A DNA stretch of 64,000 bases from an uncultured Acidobacteriota bacterium (GTDB lineage: Bacteria > Acidobacteriota > Thermoanaerobaculia > Multivoradales > SZUA-115): assembly GCA_963805975.1 (NCBI GenBank), contig CAWDVR010000003.1:384001-448000 (forward strand). Direction: 5' to 3'. A model generated the notes under the pieces. It did no database searches. It saw only the letters and a program-made list of their open reading frames with translations, and was not told the DNA's origin. A program made the position numbers and the translations under genes. Of the stretch, positions 41,223 to 49,274 are shown in pieces (the stretch's first letter is position 1; every line of letters begins with the position of its first letter).

Positions 41223-41268
41223 CGCCGCTGCTGCCAGGTGAGGAGCATCGGGACTATCATCGCCCGCC

Positions 41269-41538
41269 ATGGCCTCGTTTCCCGGTGGGAGCGCCTGGGC
41301 GATGGTGCGCGACATCGCCGAGGGCTACGTGTTGCTCACCGAGCGCTCGTTCCGCCCCTTCAGCCGGCCCGAGCTGGACAAGGTCCAGTTCGAGCTCGAC
41401 CGCAAGCTGCGGGAGCTGCGGGGCGAGCAGCCCGCCCTGGACGACCTGCCCGCGGTGCAGGGACGCAACCGCCGCCTGCAACGGCTGCAGACGGCGATGA
41501 CGATGCTGCAGGCGTTCCGGATGCGGCGGAAGACGTGA
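41269..41538 (+). CDS. Small helical hypothetical protein
   Basis: 89-aa ORF, GC3-biased codons, GAGGAG upstream. Confidence 0.7.
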   Translation: MASFPGGSAWAMVRDIAEGYVLLTERSFRPFSRPELDKVQFELDRKLRELRGEQPALDDLPAVQGRNRRLQRLQTAMTMLQAFRMRRKT

Positions 41539-41544
41539 GGGGCC

Positions 41545-42177
41545 CTACCGCAGCCGCCACATCCCCACGAAGGTCAGCGCCAGACCGCCCAGGTCGTCCT
41601 CCCCGAAGGCGCGGCTGATGCCGGCCTCGCCGATCGCGTCCGGCACGGTCGAGTAGCGCAGCTCGGCGCCCCAGCGGAAACCCTCGCCGGCACGGCGCAG
41701 GCCGACGACGGCGTGGGCGCCGGGGTCCGTGCCGTCGGCGCTCCGGGTCCCACCCTCGTCCTCCCAGAACAGCAGGGTCGCGCCGCCGCCCGCGTAGAAG
41801 CGCCAGCGCGCGTCGGGGTTCGCGACCCAGGCGGCGGTCGCCGCGAGCGGCTGGTAGGTGAGGGTCTCTGCGATGCCCGTCGGCCGCGGCGGCCGGCTGG
41901 GGAGCACCTGCTCGCCCTCCACCCGGCCGTAGTCATAGGTGAGCGCGAGCAGCAGGTGGCGTCGCACCTCCGCCTCGAGCGCCAGCCCGACCTGCGGCAT
42001 GGGCTCGCCGAACACCGCGTCGTAGCTGTCGGCCGAGCCGATCATCTCGAAGGCGCCCAAGCGGCCACCCAGGCTCCAGCGCCAGGGCTCGCGGGGAGCT
42101 TCCCCGGCCGGCTCCTGGGCCGCGAGGGTGAGGGGAAGCAAGGCGGCGGCGAAGGCCAGCAGGACGCGGCGACTCAT
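41545..42177 (-). CDS. Outer-membrane beta-barrel protein (8-stranded type)
   Basis: Signal peptide, alternating strands, FYAGGG, C-terminal VGMWRLR. Confidence 0.75.
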   Translation of the reverse strand: MSRRVLLAFAAALLPLTLAAQEPAGEAPREPWRWSLGGRLGAFEMIGSADSYDAVFGEPMPQVGLALEAEVRRHLLLALTYDYGRVEGEQVLPSRPPRPTGIAETLTYQPLAATAAWVANPDARWRFYAGGGATLLFWEDEGGTRSADGTDPGAHAVVGLRRAGEGFRWGAELRYSTVPDAIGEAGISRAFGEDDLGGLALTFVGMWRLR

Positions 42178-42194
42178 CGGAACCTCCCACGAAA

Positions 42195-42220
42195 TGTCAT
42201 CCTGAGCGCAGCGAAGGATC
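42195..42220. repeat. Dispersed 26-bp REP-like repeat, copy 1
   Basis: TGTCATCCTGAGCGCAGCGAAGGATC, identical to 59430-59455. Confidence 0.85.
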
Positions 42221-42235
42221 GCTCGCCGGCGCGCA

Positions 42236-43759
42236 TCAAAACGCGATCCCCAACCCCTCGTGGGCCGCCGCCGCGTCGAGCAGGCCGTGCCCCGTGGCGT
42301 CGTCCCGGCCCTGCCCCTGGAGGTTGCGGGCGGTGTCCACGAGCAGCGAACGGATGATCTCCGGGTCGTCGACCCCGAGCGCCACGAGCAGAGCGGCCGT
42401 GCCCGCCACCTGCGGCGCCGCGAACGAGGTGCCGGTGGCCCAGAACGAGGCGTAGACCGTCTGGCCGCTCACCGGGTCGAAGAGGAAGCTCGGCGCGAGA
42501 GCGGCGTCGCGTCGCTCGCCATCGACGAACCGCCGCGGGTCCTCGCCGGCCGGCGCCATCAGGTCGAGACCGGGACCGAAGTTCGAGTAGCTGGCCCGGC
42601 CGTCCGCGAAGCTCGTGGCCCCTACCGCGATCACCTGCGGGTAGCGGGCGGGGAAGGAGACGTCGCCCTGCGCGCCGGGCCCGGCGGCCTCGTTGCCGGT
42701 CGCGGCCACGATCACCACGCCGGCGCGGTGGGCGCGCTCGATCGCCAGCCGCATGACCTCCGAGCCCTGAGGACCGCCGAGGCTCAGGTTGACGACCCTG
42801 GCACCGCGCGCCACGGCGAAGTCGAGACCGTCCGCCACGTCGGAGAAGAAGGCGAAGTTGAAGTCGTTGATCACCCGCACGGGCAGGATGGTGGCGCGCG
42901 GTGCGATGCCGGCACCCGCGATGCCGTTGTTGGCGGCGGCGGCGATCTGGGCGGCGATGAAGGTGCCGTGGCCGAAGCGCGGCGAGCCGGGCTCGCCGTC
43001 GCCCACGCCGCGGTCGAAGGGCACGCCCCCGGTGACCACGTCGAGCCCCGGCAGGAAGCGCGTGGCACTGAGGTCCAGGCCGCGCCGGGCCGGAAAGCTG
43101 GCACCCTCGCCGGAGGCGACACCGCTGTCGATCACCGCCACGATCACGCCCTCTCCGCCCGTCGTGTTGAGATCGAGGGCCCGCGGCAGCCGGGTGCGAT
43201 CGAACCACCACTGCAAACGGATCTGCGGGTCGCTCGGCGTGGCCTTGGCGACCGCGTTCAGGAGCGGCCAGGCCACCGGATCGGGCTCGGCCGAGAGCAC
43301 GCCGGGCAGGCCGGCGAGGCGCCGGGCGAGGCCCTGCGGCGTGTCGCTCTCGCGCACCCCCACGCGGGCGAAGGCGCCCGAGTGGGCGAGCTTGAAGCTG
43401 GTGCCGCCGCCGGCAGCGGCGATCTGGCGGCGCTGCCAGAGGGGCAGCTCGCTCGCGAAGCGGACCACGATGTGGCCGGGGGCCACCGCCGGCAGCCGGG
43501 CCCGGCCGAGCCGAGCGAGGACCGCGGTCACCGGGCGTGGAAGGGGCCCCGGCTCGCCGGGGCCGTCCGCGGGTGGCGAGGCGTGCGGGCCCTGGGCCGG
43601 AAACGGGCGCTCCGGGAAGTCGTCGCCCGGAGGGTCGTCCCAGGGCGGGCGGGCACCGCTGCCGCCAGCGGCCAGCATCGCGGCCAGCAAGGCGGAGGCG
43701 ACCAGCCCCCGGCGCACTCTCATCCACATCGAGGGCGTCCAGATCACGGGCGTCCACAT
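42236..43759 (-). CDS. S8 (subtilisin-like) serine protease, secreted (start uncertain)
   Basis: VAVIDSG, HGT, NLSLGG, ATGN, GTSFAAPQV. Confidence 0.93.
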   Translation of the reverse strand: MWTPVIWTPSMWMRVRRGLVASALLAAMLAAGGSGARPPWDDPPGDDFPERPFPAQGPHASPPADGPGEPGPLPRPVTAVLARLGRARLPAVAPGHIVVRFASELPLWQRRQIAAAGGGTSFKLAHSGAFARVGVRESDTPQGLARRLAGLPGVLSAEPDPVAWPLLNAVAKATPSDPQIRLQWWFDRTRLPRALDLNTTGGEGVIVAVIDSGVASGEGASFPARRGLDLSATRFLPGLDVVTGGVPFDRGVGDGEPGSPRFGHGTFIAAQIAAAANNGIAGAGIAPRATILPVRVINDFNFAFFSDVADGLDFAVARGARVVNLSLGGPQGSEVMRLAIERAHRAGVVIVAATGNEAAGPGAQGDVSFPARYPQVIAVGATSFADGRASYSNFGPGLDLMAPAGEDPRRFVDGERRDAALAPSFLFDPVSGQTVYASFWATGTSFAAPQVAGTAALLVALGVDDPEIIRSLLVDTARNLQGQGRDDATGHGLLDAAAAHEGLGIAF

Positions 43760-43871
43760 CGCGGGGTCCCCCTGTTGCGAGCTTGGCTCGGTATATGCTC
43801 CGCGGCGTTTCTCAGAGGCTATGGATACCGCCACCGGATCGTTGGTTTAGGTCGAGGCTCTCGCCCTTGCC

Positions 43872-44708
43872 ATGAACCCTATCTCGTTTCTGGCGCAAGT
43901 CGGGGCCCTGGTGGCGGGCATCGGCACCGCCCTCCTCCTCGACCGCGCGATGGCGCGCCGCGGCCTGGTACCGCCGGGCTTCGCCAGCCCCTTGCGGCGG
44001 GCCCTGGCGGCCTGCCTGATGGCGGCGTTCTTCTATTTCGCGATCTTCCTGCCGATCACCGCCTACGGGCAGTCCCAGCCCTCCGACATCGCCGAGCAGC
44101 CCATCCCGTTGCTCTTCACCATGCAGGCGCTCCTCGCCGGCGTGGTCGGCACCTGGTACCTGCTGGGCTTCGCGGCCCGGCGGCCGGCCGACCCGGCGCA
44201 GCGCTTCCGCGTGCAGTTCGGGCTGGTGACGTCCCGGCCGCTCGAAGAGCTCTTCCTCGGCCTGGTGGCCGGGGGTGCGGGCTGGCTGGGGCTCATCGCC
44301 GTGATGCTCGTGGTGGTGGGGCTGTTCGTGCTCTTCGGCGGCCAGGACGCCCTGCCCCAACAGGCCCCCGAGCTGATCGCCTGGATCGCCGCCCTGCCCA
44401 TTGCCGTGCGCGTGGCGCTGTCGCTCGCGGCGGGCTTTTTCGAGGAGCTCTTCTTTCGCGGCTTCCTCCAGCCGCGAGCCGGCATCGCCTTCTCGACCGT
44501 CCTCTTCGTGTTCGCCCATGCGAGCTACGAGCAACCCTTCATGCTCGTCGGCCTGACCTTCCTCTCGCTGGTCCTGGCGTTCCTCGTGCGCTGGCGCCAG
44601 ACCATCTGGCCGGCGGTGGTGGCGCACGCCGCCTTCGACCTCTTCCAGCTCCTGGTCATCATTCCGACGGTGCTCGACCTGGTGCCGACGGCCGGCCCCG
44701 GCAAGTAG
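43872..44708 (+). CDS. CPBP (Abi/CAAX) intramembrane protease
   Basis: FFEELFFRGFL, FVFAH, AHAAFD. Confidence 0.9.
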   Translation: MNPISFLAQVGALVAGIGTALLLDRAMARRGLVPPGFASPLRRALAACLMAAFFYFAIFLPITAYGQSQPSDIAEQPIPLLFTMQALLAGVVGTWYLLGFAARRPADPAQRFRVQFGLVTSRPLEELFLGLVAGGAGWLGLIAVMLVVVGLFVLFGGQDALPQQAPELIAWIAALPIAVRVALSLAAGFFEELFFRGFLQPRAGIAFSTVLFVFAHASYEQPFMLVGLTFLSLVLAFLVRWRQTIWPAVVAHAAFDLFQLLVIIPTVLDLVPTAGPGK

Positions 44709-44767
44709 CCCGCGCCGGCCGGGAAGCGCTTCAGTGTTCTGCTAGACTCGCTGGCCGGGAAGAGCGC

Positions 44768-45253
44768 ATGGAGCCGCACCAACTCCTCTTCCACCTCGCG
44801 ATCGACAGTCGCTTCGAGAGCATCGAGGTGGTGCAAGTAGTGCTCTCCGACGTGCTGGAGAGGTTCGGGGTCGGCGACGACAGCCGCCACTGGATCGACA
44901 TCGCCGTGCGCGAAGCGGTCGCCAACGCCATCAAGCACGGCAACCGCGAGGATCCGGCCAAGAAGGTGGAGGTGGATCTGTTGCTCGAGGCGGGAGACCT
45001 GGTGGTCCGGGTCATGGACCGCGGCGCGGGCTTCGACCCGTCCTCGACCGACGATCCGCTCGCTCCCGACAACCTTCACAAGACGAGTGGCCGCGGCCTC
45101 TTCTTCATGCGCAAGTTCATGGACGGCGTCGACTACACGCCGCGCCCGGGCGGGGGCATGGTGGTGACCCTGCGAAAGAAAGGCCCTTTCTCGCTACTCA
45201 ACCTTCGTTCCAAGTCCGAACAGTCTGAACATGGGGAGGAAAGAGCGGTATGA
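44768..45253 (+). CDS. Anti-sigma factor / Ser kinase (RsbW-like)
   Basis: EAVANAIKHGN, DRGAGFD, GRGLFFM. Confidence 0.92.
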   Translation: MEPHQLLFHLAIDSRFESIEVVQVVLSDVLERFGVGDDSRHWIDIAVREAVANAIKHGNREDPAKKVEVDLLLEAGDLVVRVMDRGAGFDPSSTDDPLAPDNLHKTSGRGLFFMRKFMDGVDYTPRPGGGMVVTLRKKGPFSLLNLRSKSEQSEHGEERAV

Positions 45254-45585
45254 AGATCAACGTGCGGCAGAACGGCGGCGTCACCATCCTGGACCTCTCG
45301 GGCAGGGTCACCATCGGCGAGGGCGACATGCAACTGCGCGAGGCAGTGCAGGAGCAGCTTGCGAACGGCAACATGAAGCTGCTCCTCAATCTCGCCGCCG
45401 TCACCACCATGGATTCCTCGGGCGTGGGCGAGCTGGTCTCGAGCTACACCAGGACCACCAATCGCGGCGGCAAGCTCAAGCTCCTCAATCCTCCCCAGAA
45501 GATCGGCGACATCCTCTCCATCACCCAGCTCATCACCATCTTCGAGGTCTTCGACAACGAGGAAGAGGCCGTCGCCTCGTTCTGA
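45250..45585 (+). CDS. STAS anti-anti-sigma factor (RsbV-like)
   Basis: MDSSGVGEL, LITIFEVFDNEEEAVASF; ATGA overlap. Confidence 0.93.
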   Translation: MKINVRQNGGVTILDLSGRVTIGEGDMQLREAVQEQLANGNMKLLLNLAAVTTMDSSGVGELVSSYTRTTNRGGKLKLLNPPQKIGDILSITQLITIFEVFDNEEEAVASF

Positions 45586-45611
45586 CCGGCAGCTTCCCTG
45601 CGCGCCGAGCC

Positions 45612-45665
45612 CGGCAGCCCCACGAAGGCTGCCTAGCCGAACCATGGGGCGACCGAGGGTCGCCC
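45612..45665. terminator. Two GC-rich hairpins between convergent genes
   Basis: GGCAGCC-N7-GGCTGCC and GGGCGACC-GAG-GGTCGCCC. Confidence 0.5.
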
Positions 45666-46364
45666 TCAGCTTTCCCCAACGCCCAGCTCCCGCTTCAGCT
45701 CCGCCAGCTCCCGCCGTAGCGCGGCCACTTCAGTCTCCAGGCGCTCGACGCGCTCGGTGAGGTCGACCGTGGCCACGGCGGGCTGGGAGCGGGGGCGCTC
45801 GGTCAGCGGAGCTGCCGGCGGCGAGCCCACGGGACGAACCGGGCTCGCGGCAGGCTCGGCCGCTTCTTCCTCGGCCCCCACGACCTGGGTCCATCGTGCC
45901 TCGCGCTGGCCGGGGCGGCGCGGCTGCTCGCGCACCAGCGGGTGATCGCCCTGGGCCATCCGGACCAGGACATTCTCCACGTCCTGGACGCTCTCGAAGC
46001 TGCGCATGCGCTCGGCACGGATGCGCAGCTCGGCCGAGGTCTGCGGCCCGCGGAGCAGCAGCAGTGTCATCACCGCCTTGGCCGGCTTGTCGAGCGACCA
46101 GCGGCGCTCGAGCAGATGCTCCCAGCGCTCGCTCCGCGCGCCTTCGCTGCGCCAGGCGAGGGCCTCGTGGCGCAGGGCGTCGATAGCCTCCACCACCTCG
46201 GTCTCGGAGAGCTCCAGCACCGGCTCGCGGTTGCTCTTCTGGTTGCAGGCGGCGAGCAGCGCGTTGACGGTCAGCGGATACTGGTCCGGCGTGGTCTGCT
46301 CCTTTTCGAGCAGGCTGCCGAGGACGCGGAGCTCGTTTGCGGTCAGCTTGCGGTGCAGGGGCAT
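45666..46364 (-). CDS. YceH / DUF480 family protein
   Basis: RVLGSLLEKEQTTPDQYPLTVNALLAACNQKSNREPV, LLLRGPQT. Confidence 0.92.
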   Translation of the reverse strand: MPLHRKLTANELRVLGSLLEKEQTTPDQYPLTVNALLAACNQKSNREPVLELSETEVVEAIDALRHEALAWRSEGARSERWEHLLERRWSLDKPAKAVMTLLLLRGPQTSAELRIRAERMRSFESVQDVENVLVRMAQGDHPLVREQPRRPGQREARWTQVVGAEEEAAEPAASPVRPVGSPPAAPLTERPRSQPAVATVDLTERVERLETEVAALRRELAELKRELGVGES

Positions 46365-46424
46365 GGGCGGATGTTAGCCCGCCGGCGATAGGATCGCGCC
46401 CTCGAAGTTGGCCAAGGAGCCCTG

Positions 46425-47101
46425 ATGGATCGACGCAAAGCCCTGATCGCCGGTGCCGGCGGCTTGGTGGGCGGCCACTGCCTGGAGCGGCTGCTGGCCG
46501 AGGATGGCTATGCCGGCGTCGTCTCGCTCGGCCGGCGGACCCTCTCCCGGGGGCACCCCAAGCTCGCGGAGCGAGTCGTGGACTTCCGCCGCCTGGCCGA
46601 GGTCGAGGATCTCCCGGCGGTGGACGACGTGTTCTGCTGCCTGGGGACCACGATCCGGCAGGCGGGCTCGCGCGAGGCCTTTCGGGGAGTGGACTTCACC
46701 TACGTGCTGGAGCTCGCCCGCCTGTCGCTCGCCGCGGGCGCCCGGCAGTTCCTGGTGGTCACCTCGATGGGCGCCGACCCCGGCTCGCGCATCTTCTACA
46801 GCCGCGTCAAGGGCGAGGTCGAGCGCGCCCTGCGCCAGCTTCCGTTCGAGGCGCTGCAGATCTTCCGGCCCTCGCTCCTCCTAGGCCAGCGGGCCGAGAG
46901 CCGTCCCGGCGAGAAGCTGGCCACTGCGGCGATGAGCGTCATCTCCTGGCTCCTTCTGGGTCCGTTGCGCCGATACCGGCCGATCGCCGGGCAGACCCTG
47001 GCACGGGCCATGTTGCGCGTGGCTCTCGAGGCGCCGGCCGGCTCCACGTCTACGAGTCGGACCGCATCGCGGAGCTGGCGCGGGGCCGCGGCGAGCCGTA
47101 G
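46425..47101 (+). CDS. NAD(P)-binding oxidoreductase (YraR/TIP30-like) with apparent frameshift near 47043
   Basis: GAGGLVG, CCLGTT, FYSRVKGEVE, RPSLLLG; the family-like ending HVYESDRI lies in another frame that stops at 47101. Confidence 0.85.
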
Positions 47102-47105
47102 CGGC

Positions 47106-47606
47106 TCAGCCTGCGGCCAGCCGCTTGATCAGGCTCATCTGCCCCGCGTGGTAGAGATCGTGCGAGGCGGCGCCCATCACCAGCTCACGGACCGGGTACT
47201 TGCTGCCGGCAGGGGTGCGGTCGAGGTCGGCATCGGAGAGCGCGGCCACGGTGTCTCGTAGCTCGCGATGGCAGCGAGCCAAGAGCGCCAGCGCCGCCTT
47301 CCACTCCGCTTCCGACGTGCTCTCGGGTGGCGCGAACCAGTTGCTGCCAGCAAGCGGAAAAGCACCCCTGCCGCCGTCCGTCAACTGGCGGCGGACGGCG
47401 TATTTCCAGTAGGCGGCGTGTAGGGCGAGCTCCCAGATCGTGTGCCGGCCCGGCCCCGGCCGGAAGTCGGCCATTTCCGCCGTCACGCCGCGCAGAGCGC
47501 CCTTGAGCGTCGGCCCATGCCAGGCTTTGTGGTCGAACGCCTGGTCGAGGAGGCGTAGGAGAAGGGTCACGCGAGGGCTGCTGGCTTGGGTGCTGTTCCC
47601 GGACAT
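47106..47606 (-). CDS. DinB family protein
   Basis: AWHGP, HTIWELALHAAYW, HDLYHAGQ. Confidence 0.9.
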   Translation of the reverse strand: MSGNSTQASSPRVTLLLRLLDQAFDHKAWHGPTLKGALRGVTAEMADFRPGPGRHTIWELALHAAYWKYAVRRQLTDGGRGAFPLAGSNWFAPPESTSEAEWKAALALLARCHRELRDTVAALSDADLDRTPAGSKYPVRELVMGAASHDLYHAGQMSLIKRLAAG

Positions 47607-47620
47607 CGAGTTTCCTTCAG

Positions 47621-47647
47621 CAGAGGGCGCACGCCGTGCGCCCTCTG
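47621..47647. repeat. REP-like palindrome
   Basis: CAGAGGGCGCACG-C-CGTGCGCCCTCTG, perfect 13-bp arms. Confidence 0.65.
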
Positions 47648-47660
47648 ACTCCCGACGATC

Positions 47661-48638
47661 TCACGGCGCCAGCACCTGCCCGGTCTCGCGGTCGAAGCGC
47701 CACAGGTTGCCCGGGATCAGGTGGACGCCGCCCAGCCAGCGGTCGATGGGATGGATCTCGAGCCAGTCCTGCTCGCCGGCCAGCACCTCGCGGCCGAGCG
47801 CGGTGAGGCGGACGCGAGCCGCCCAGAACCCCTCGGCCTCGGCTTCGCTGCGCGGCGCCCGCAGCGGCGTTCCGTCCTCGAAGAGGAGCAGCGCCGGTGG
47901 CCCCACGCTCATCCGTTCGAGATACGAGGCGAACACCGTGTCGCCGAGGAAGATGCGTTCCTCGCCCTCGTGGTGGGCCTGCCGGAAGGCCTCACCGAGC
48001 GTTGCCGCGCCCGCCGAGATGGCCGCCAGCGCCTGCTGTTCGGAGCGCGACAAGCCGTCGGCCGTGGACGGGAACTCCTCCAACTGACGGCGCAGAGCGT
48101 CGGCCAGGAAGGGCAGGAGGTGAGTGTCTTCGTCCAGCAGCGGCGGGATGGCCATCGGCTCGGGCGCGCGGAACGCGGCCCAGGCGCGACAGGCGAGCGC
48201 CAGATGCGCCGGCGACGCCTGGTGGCGAAGGGCGAAGAGGCCGGGGTAGTGCTCTACCGGGATACGGCCCAGGTAGTCCTCCACCTTCACCAGAAACGTC
48301 TTCGCCGGCCGGGCGCCGCGCTCGGCCAGCGCGTCGAGAACTTGCAGGAGCTGGAGCTGGTCGTAGAGGTCGTGCTCGAACCACAGCACCACCTCGTCAT
48401 GGTCGGCGAAGCGCTCGAAGCGGCTGTCGCGCTCCGCCAGCTCGGCCTCCACCTCGGAGAGCGGGGCCCAGCCCTGGGCGGCGATGAAGCGCGCCCGCAC
48501 CGCGGACAAGGCGTGCAGACCGAGCCCCTCGGGTACGGGCCCCTCGTGCAGCACGTCCCGCCAGGGCAGAACTTCGCCCGGCAGGCCGGCGTTGCGGATG
48601 CGCTCGGCGGCGATGTCGCCGTTGGTCACATGGAGCAT
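47661..48638 (-). CDS. DUF1835-like protein
   Basis: MLHVTNGD, WRDVLHEGPV, LWFEHDLYDQLQL, DRWLGGVH. Confidence 0.85.
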   Translation of the reverse strand: MLHVTNGDIAAERIRNAGLPGEVLPWRDVLHEGPVPEGLGLHALSAVRARFIAAQGWAPLSEVEAELAERDSRFERFADHDEVVLWFEHDLYDQLQLLQVLDALAERGARPAKTFLVKVEDYLGRIPVEHYPGLFALRHQASPAHLALACRAWAAFRAPEPMAIPPLLDEDTHLLPFLADALRRQLEEFPSTADGLSRSEQQALAAISAGAATLGEAFRQAHHEGEERIFLGDTVFASYLERMSVGPPALLLFEDGTPLRAPRSEAEAEGFWAARVRLTALGREVLAGEQDWLEIHPIDRWLGGVHLIPGNLWRFDRETGQVLAP

Positions 48639-48763
48639 CGGTGGCCGGCAGTCTATGAGCGCGGAAGGTCTGCGACAAGCTCGGAAAAGCGTCCACATAC
48701 TCCGGCTCGACGAAGAGGGGTCGTTTGCTACACTGCCGCCTGTGCCAAGAGGGGGGCCCTTCG

Positions 48764-48970
48764 ATGAGATTCCAGATCACGTTGGATCGCGACGAGGACG
48801 GTGTCTGGGTGGTCGAGTGCCCTTCGATCCCCGGCTGCGTGAGCCAGGGTACGACTCGCGAGGAAGCCCTCGAAAGCATCAAGGAAGCGATCGCCCTCTG
48901 TCTCGAGGTGCGGGCCGAGCGAGGTCTTCCACTGACGGTCGAAACCCAGCAGGTCGAGGTCTTGGTCTAA
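48764..48970 (+). CDS. hicB: HicB-family antitoxin (short form)
   Basis: CPSIPGCVSQGTTREEALESIKEAI. Confidence 0.92.
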   Translation: MRFQITLDRDEDGVWVVECPSIPGCVSQGTTREEALESIKEAIALCLEVRAERGLPLTVETQQVEVLV

Positions 48971-49201
48971 GTGCCGCAGGTGCCGCGCCTCAAGGGCCGC
49001 GAGATAGTGCGCATCTTCGAATCTCTGGGCTGGATCTTGGTCCGGCAGCGTGGTAGTCACCTGATCCTCGTCCGCGAGGGTCACCTCGCGACCCTCTCGG
49101 TGCCCGATCACAAGGAGGTTGCACAGGGGACCCTCCGCAGCCTGATCAAGGCGGCAGGGCTCACGCCGGCGGAGTTCGTTGACGCCTGGAAACGGCTCTA
49201 G
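48971..49201 (+). CDS. hicA: HicA-family toxin
   Basis: RQRGSH, VPDHKEVAQGTLRSLIK. Confidence 0.92.
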   Translation: MPQVPRLKGREIVRIFESLGWILVRQRGSHLILVREGHLATLSVPDHKEVAQGTLRSLIKAAGLTPAEFVDAWKRL

Positions 49202-49274
49202 CGTGCCGGGCTGTGGAGTAGAGGCGAGCCATGATGCGTGATGCTCTCGCGGCTCGTACCAGCCGCGGCGCCGC

